Source of the DNA: Bacteroidales bacterium
Lineage (GTDB): Bacteria; Bacteroidota; Bacteroidia; Bacteroidales; VadinHA17
NCBI GenBank assembly: GCA_035360515.1
Contig: DAOSAY010000001.1
Location: 135,341 to 199,340, forward strand
DNA: 64,000 nucleotides
Direction of reading: 5' to 3'
Within the stretch, counting starts at the first letter, position 1; each line of letters starts with the position of its first letter. The position numbers and the translations under genes were made by a program. Under the pieces are notes generated by a model. It had not been told where the DNA came from. It did not search any database and saw only the letters and a list, made by a program, of their open reading frames with translations. Shown here piece by piece: positions 59,925 through 64,000 of this stretch.

Positions 59925-61538
59925 TCATTTTCTGGTTCGTATCGAACCAGGAGTTATATCTTTTACGCATCTGAAACCTACTGTTTCACTTCTATCGAAG
60001 CCCTGTGACACCATCAGCATAATCTGTGTTCGGTCGAGAGGCTGAGGACCTCCCTTTATATACCACCAGCTCGATTCAGGGTTGAAAAAGCTTCCACCCC
60101 GGATAACGGTAAAATAGTAATTGCCATTGCAATACATGTCGTTGGTCATTTGCCAGACATTACCCACAAGGTCTATAACACCGTAAGGGCTTGCCCCCTT
60201 GGGGAATGCATCTACCGGAGTTGGGCGACCAAATGAATTGTTGCACCATGTTCCCCTGAAGTCATTTCCCCATGGCCATTTTCTTCCATCAGTCCCCTGT
60301 GCTGCCAGTTGCCATTCTGCTTCAGTTGGCAACCTCTTTCCTGCCCACTTCGCATAAGCCTGCATATCTTCATAACTCACATACACTACCGGATATTTCT
60401 CCTGGCCAGTCCGGTAAATGCCATTCGACCAGTGCTTTAAGAAATTTGCAGTATCTGACGGCACATAACCGGAATTGATAAGAAATTCATAAAACTGTGC
60501 ATTGGTAACTGGATACCTGTCAATAAGAAAACTATCAATTTCTACATTAATAGGCTGATTAACATTAGGATATGGTATGAAATCTTCATCTGTTGAAAGT
60601 GTGTATGTAATTCTAGCTCCGGGAACAAGAACCATATCATCCGGGATATTTTCTGCTTCTTTTGTACGGATTACCTTGCTTACCAACCACGGTTGTCCTC
60701 CTTTGAAATAGAGAATATTTTCATCTTTAAGAATACCTGACTCAAGTAATTGAATTACTATCTTTCCTTCATAACCCGATGTAAGATTAAATAAATTAAG
60801 AGCTGTATCTGTTCTGAATTTAAGATGAAATGAATTTTTATTGCTGTATGAAGGGTTGCCCTGCCAGAGGATCAGGGTGCCATTATCAGGTTTATTTATG
60901 AATAGTGTATCTCCTTTCAATATAGATTTCAGAAGACGAGGCAGCTGTGCAATGCAGTCTACCGATCCCTCCATTCTGGTACCTGTCAGGGATGGATCCC
61001 ATCCTGAAGCGTTTGCTCTTACTTTTATTTTTCCGTTTCGGGCGACGGGTGTAATTTCTTCATGATGCCAGAGTGATACGAGGTGTACCGTTTCAGGGAG
61101 TTCAGTTTCAAATAATTCTCCATATACACCTTCGTGCCTCATGTTAAGTATTGTAAATATCGTTTTATTTCCTGAACCCCAGCTATTAACGTATACTTTA
61201 TCGATAAGTGTAGGAATAAGTGGGGTCCAGTTGTAATCTAGAAAGGCATCATTGTTCTGCCTGAGTATAAAAGTTGTTTGAGCAAGGTAATCAAGGTCTT
61301 CGCGATTTCTTCCTCCTGGTCTGAAGAGGTTCAGTTCAGTACCATAGCCGTTAAAGAAAGCTATTGCAATTTCACGGTGTATTCGTTCTTCGCCCACATC
61401 ACACACACGGAAAATTGAAAAATCGGGTTTGATAAGTTTATTCAGATTAAGTTCAGGACTCAGGAAAATAGCATTATGTACTCGGCCCGATATGATCCCG
61501 GGCATATCAGCAGGTACAGCCATACCTTCGGAATACAT
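59925..61538 (-). CDS. formylglycine-generating-enzyme (SUMF1/FGE-sulfatase) domain protein; probably the C-terminal fragment of one interrupted gene
   Basis: 537 aa. The C-terminal ~200 aa carry FGE-sulfatase blocks: YPVTNAQFYEFL, PVVYVSYEDMQAYAKWAGKRLPTEAEW, GNVWQMT, RGGSF and GFRCV. There is no signal peptide. The ORF is in the same frame as 61587..62744. Confidence 0.8.
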   Translation of the reverse strand: MYSEGMAVPADMPGIISGRVHNAIFLSPELNLNKLIKPDFSIFRVCDVGEERIHREIAIAFFNGYGTELNLFRPGGRNREDLDYLAQTTFILRQNNDAFLDYNWTPLIPTLIDKVYVNSWGSGNKTIFTILNMRHEGVYGELFETELPETVHLVSLWHHEEITPVARNGKIKVRANASGWDPSLTGTRMEGSVDCIAQLPRLLKSILKGDTLFINKPDNGTLILWQGNPSYSNKNSFHLKFRTDTALNLFNLTSGYEGKIVIQLLESGILKDENILYFKGGQPWLVSKVIRTKEAENIPDDMVLVPGARITYTLSTDEDFIPYPNVNQPINVEIDSFLIDRYPVTNAQFYEFLINSGYVPSDTANFLKHWSNGIYRTGQEKYPVVYVSYEDMQAYAKWAGKRLPTEAEWQLAAQGTDGRKWPWGNDFRGTWCNNSFGRPTPVDAFPKGASPYGVIDLVGNVWQMTNDMYCNGNYYFTVIRGGSFFNPESSWWYIKGGPQPLDRTQIMLMVSQGFDRSETVGFRCVKDITPGSIRTRK

Positions 61539-61586
61539 AATTACACCTTTTCTTACACTGTCGGCTGCAGCCTGAATCTCGCGGCT

Positions 61587-62744
61587 TTACCGGCCGCTTG
61601 TATCAAGAACCACACCATCGGCTTCTGTTTCCATAATTATTTGAGCCATACCTTTCAGATGGTCTTCTTCGCGTGTGCTTCTGTCCCATGGGTTATATGC
61701 AATAAAGAACCTGGTTCCTGACAGACGCGACATTCTTGCGAAAGCTCTGAGTTGCTGGGTTCCACCTGGCAGATCCCTGTAAAGGTCCCATTGATTTCGC
61801 CTGTCAAGTCCGAGCCTGGGCCATGTAGGCCATATACCAAACACATCTATATGTCCGAACAGATTAATCCATTCTGCGAGCTCACCGGCATAGGTATATT
61901 TTCCTGTGGTTCTGTCGATAAAGTTTCTGTCCCATGCCATCTGGAGAATAATGATATAACTGTTTTTTATCCATTTTAGATCTTCGCGCTGGTACAGTTC
62001 ATTATCAAAATTTTCAAGGTCAAAAAGATATCTGTCACGAAACATATATTTTAAACCATTCTGCCATTCGCCCTGAAATGTGCTCACATACATATAATAT
62101 GTTACACTAGCCCCAGGCGGGAGTACAGTTTCGTATCTTCTTTTTCTGCCACCCTCAGTCTGCTGACGTCTGGTAAGTGCGCATACCGAATATTTTCCTG
62201 CATTGAAAGAAGAGTACCCAAGTTCCCACGCGTTATCAGGCAATATCACCCTCACCTTTGAATATCCTGGTCGGAATAGGTAAGCCCTTGCGAGGTCAGA
62301 AGGACCATAACCAGTAATAAACACAGAATTTTCATCTGTTCCGAAAGGGACAACATTTCCGATAGTGACTGTATCTGTCCCTCTATTTTCAAACATAAGC
62401 TCGTATCTCAATGCATCGGAAAACCCTGATAACCTTTTTAAGGATGTATGTATCGCCGGGCCGAAATTCTGCTCCCAGGTACCATCAATTATTTTTACAT
62501 CAAAATCTTTAGAACTTAACTGTTTACTATTTAGTTCAAAAGTAAAGACAGGCAATATTTTTTTAAAATCATATAAAATACTGTCTGACAATGAAATACG
62601 ATAAGCTGAGAAACCGGCTGATACTGTAAAATGAACATCAGATATTTTCTGAGCAATTAAAATTGAATGAAACAAAAAAAGATAAATTAAACATATCTTA
62701 ATCCTTCTGGCTACCAGTGAGTTTATATAGATTCTTGCACACAT
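61587..62744 (-). CDS. secreted protein with glycoside-hydrolase-like barrel segment; probably the N-terminal fragment of one interrupted gene
   Basis: 385 aa with a signal-peptide-like N-terminus (RRIKICLIYLFLFHSILIAQ). It ends at a TAA that is followed by 16 open in-frame codons and then the next ORF. Confidence 0.65.
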   Translation of the reverse strand: MCARIYINSLVARRIKICLIYLFLFHSILIAQKISDVHFTVSAGFSAYRISLSDSILYDFKKILPVFTFELNSKQLSSKDFDVKIIDGTWEQNFGPAIHTSLKRLSGFSDALRYELMFENRGTDTVTIGNVVPFGTDENSVFITGYGPSDLARAYLFRPGYSKVRVILPDNAWELGYSSFNAGKYSVCALTRRQQTEGGRKRRYETVLPPGASVTYYMYVSTFQGEWQNGLKYMFRDRYLFDLENFDNELYQREDLKWIKNSYIIILQMAWDRNFIDRTTGKYTYAGELAEWINLFGHIDVFGIWPTWPRLGLDRRNQWDLYRDLPGGTQQLRAFARMSRLSGTRFFIAYNPWDRSTREEDHLKGMAQIIMETEADGVVLDTSGR

Positions 62745-62892
62745 ACCTAAAATACATTTCGTATTTACAATGAAAATTAGTGAGTTAACAGCAAAAGAAA
62801 AAAATTTTTACAGGAAAAAAGTAACCAAAATGAGTTTTTTTCGTTAAATAATTAAAATATTTATATTTATATCTGGTATTGAAGACCCTTTA

Positions 62893-63111
62893 ATGATGAA
62901 ATGTCTGGAAAAAATATTACGGTTTTATTCATTTTTTTTGTTCATTCTCCTGCTTTTGTTTACCGGATGTGCTTCTTCAAAGCAGAATCCATGGGCTGCC
63001 AAAAGAGCCAAGGCATCCTATGTAAGTACAACGCAGCTTGGAAGAAACAGGTATTATTTTTCAACCAATTACCAGAAGAAGCTTCAAAAGAGCATGAAAA
63101 AGAAAAAGTAA
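62893..63111 (+). CDS. small basic lipoprotein (hypothetical)
   Basis: 72 aa. The signal plus lipobox FILLLLFTGC are followed by a Lys/Arg-rich tail. It is preferred over the overlapping alternative-frame ORF 62901..63119, which has no such features. Confidence 0.4.
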   Translation: MMKCLEKILRFYSFFLFILLLLFTGCASSKQNPWAAKRAKASYVSTTQLGRNRYYFSTNYQKKLQKSMKKKK

Positions 63112-63121
63112 GAGAATGATT

Positions 63122-63886
63122 TTAACTAATTTCGATACTCAATCCGTCAAATGCAAGTTTGATTTCGGGAGGGAGTTCTTTTGACACATCTCTATACAAT
63201 CCCATCTGGTGACTTATATGTGTAATATATGCCTGACGTGGTGAGATTTCTCTAATAAAGTTAATTGCCTCATATAGGCTGAAATGTGAAATATGTTTCT
63301 CTTTCCTTAAAGCATTTACTACCAAATACTTAACTCCATATAATTTTTCTTTGCTCTCTTCCGGAACACTGTTTGCATCAGTAATATATGCGAAATCACC
63401 AATTCTGAATCCCAGAATAGGTAAGCGGAAATGCATTACCCTTACAGGAATAATTTCAAGACCTTTGATTGAAAAATTTTCAGTATTTATTTCATTTAGT
63501 CTCATCTTGGGAATCCCCGGATATTGTTGCTCAGCAAAGACATAAGAATATTCTCTCCTTATTTCTTTAAGAACTCTTTCTTCGGCAAATATATCGATTG
63601 CATCGCGGGTTTTATAGTTAAATGCTCGCACATCATCCATACCTGCAATATGGTCTTTATGTTCGTGTGTGAGAACAATTGCGTCGATATGAGTAACCTT
63701 TTCCCTGAGCATTTGCTGCCTGAAGTCAGGTCCTGCATCAAAGACAATTATTGCCTTTTCAGTTTCAAGCAGCAGGGATGTTCTGAGTCTTTTATCCCTT
63801 GGGTCATCCGATTGACAGGTTTTGCAATCACATGCTATTACCGGTACTCCCTGTGATGTTCCGGTTCCCAGAAAGGTGATTTTCAC
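63122..63886 (-). CDS. MBL-fold metallo-hydrolase (PhnP-like)
   Basis: 254 aa. FLGTGTSQGVP..C.C..C resembles the PhnP N-terminus. Also present are the metallo-beta-lactamase motif THEHKDHIAG and a late ITHISH. Confidence 0.8.
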   Translation of the reverse strand: MKITFLGTGTSQGVPVIACDCKTCQSDDPRDKRLRTSLLLETEKAIIVFDAGPDFRQQMLREKVTHIDAIVLTHEHKDHIAGMDDVRAFNYKTRDAIDIFAEERVLKEIRREYSYVFAEQQYPGIPKMRLNEINTENFSIKGLEIIPVRVMHFRLPILGFRIGDFAYITDANSVPEESKEKLYGVKYLVVNALRKEKHISHFSLYEAINFIREISPRQAYITHISHQMGLYRDVSKELPPEIKLAFDGLSIEIS

Positions 63887-64000
63887 TTTTATAAAAATTG
63901 ATGCACAAACCTAACTCAAAATTTAGAAACAGTCAATAACAGATATCTTGTTTTTTGAAACGAGGCTATATTTTTTAAATATATATCTTTACAAAGTACT

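Noticed and set aside
62901-63119. An alternative-frame 72-aa ORF overlapping the small lipoprotein ORF.
   Set aside because: It has no signal, no motif and odd composition. The 62893..63111 frame has a clean signal peptide and lipobox, so only one of the two is likely real.

Overview
This is an AT-rich chromosomal segment that looks like Bacteroidota. The evidence is TAnnTTTG-type promoter boxes, no obvious Shine-Dalgarno use, an exbB-exbD-exbD-tonB module, OstA/LptD-like and gliding-era family content, and many lipobox lipoproteins. It is mostly core housekeeping: pta (partial), ggt, rarA, kdsA, RNase P RNA, queA, galK/galM with two MFS sugar transporters, truA, aroE, folD, ffh, argS, ligA, dapA, secA, dnaX, rpsF-rpsR-rplI, an lptD-like gene, an amidase, an MlaD-like gene and dnaA. 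I saw no CRISPR array, transposase, integrase, tRNA or rRNA. The only clear RNA gene is rnpB (9588..9961, minus).

The locus most worth a second look is 34272..39896. It is an AmmeMemoRadiSam-type cassette, a system whose function is unknown. Here Memo and AMMECR1 are fused into one protein, and an 810-aa polytopic membrane protein with a degenerate spermidine-synthase-like domain sits inside the operon. The radical SAM enzyme carries a twin-arginine-like leader, and a DUF1987/SiaC-like gene lies upstream.

Other items:
- An A10 run at the domain III/linker boundary of dnaX, with stops close by in both alternative frames (possible gamma-subunit recoding).
- A single in-frame TAA that splits a roughly 940-codon secreted GH-like/FGE-domain gene.
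- A promoter-proximal nested-hairpin RNA candidate (28829..28952).
- An orphan phosphosulfolactate synthase (comA) homolog.
- Tandem RidA paralogs, one of them lipoprotein-type.

All family calls come from motif recognition by eye. No database search was possible.
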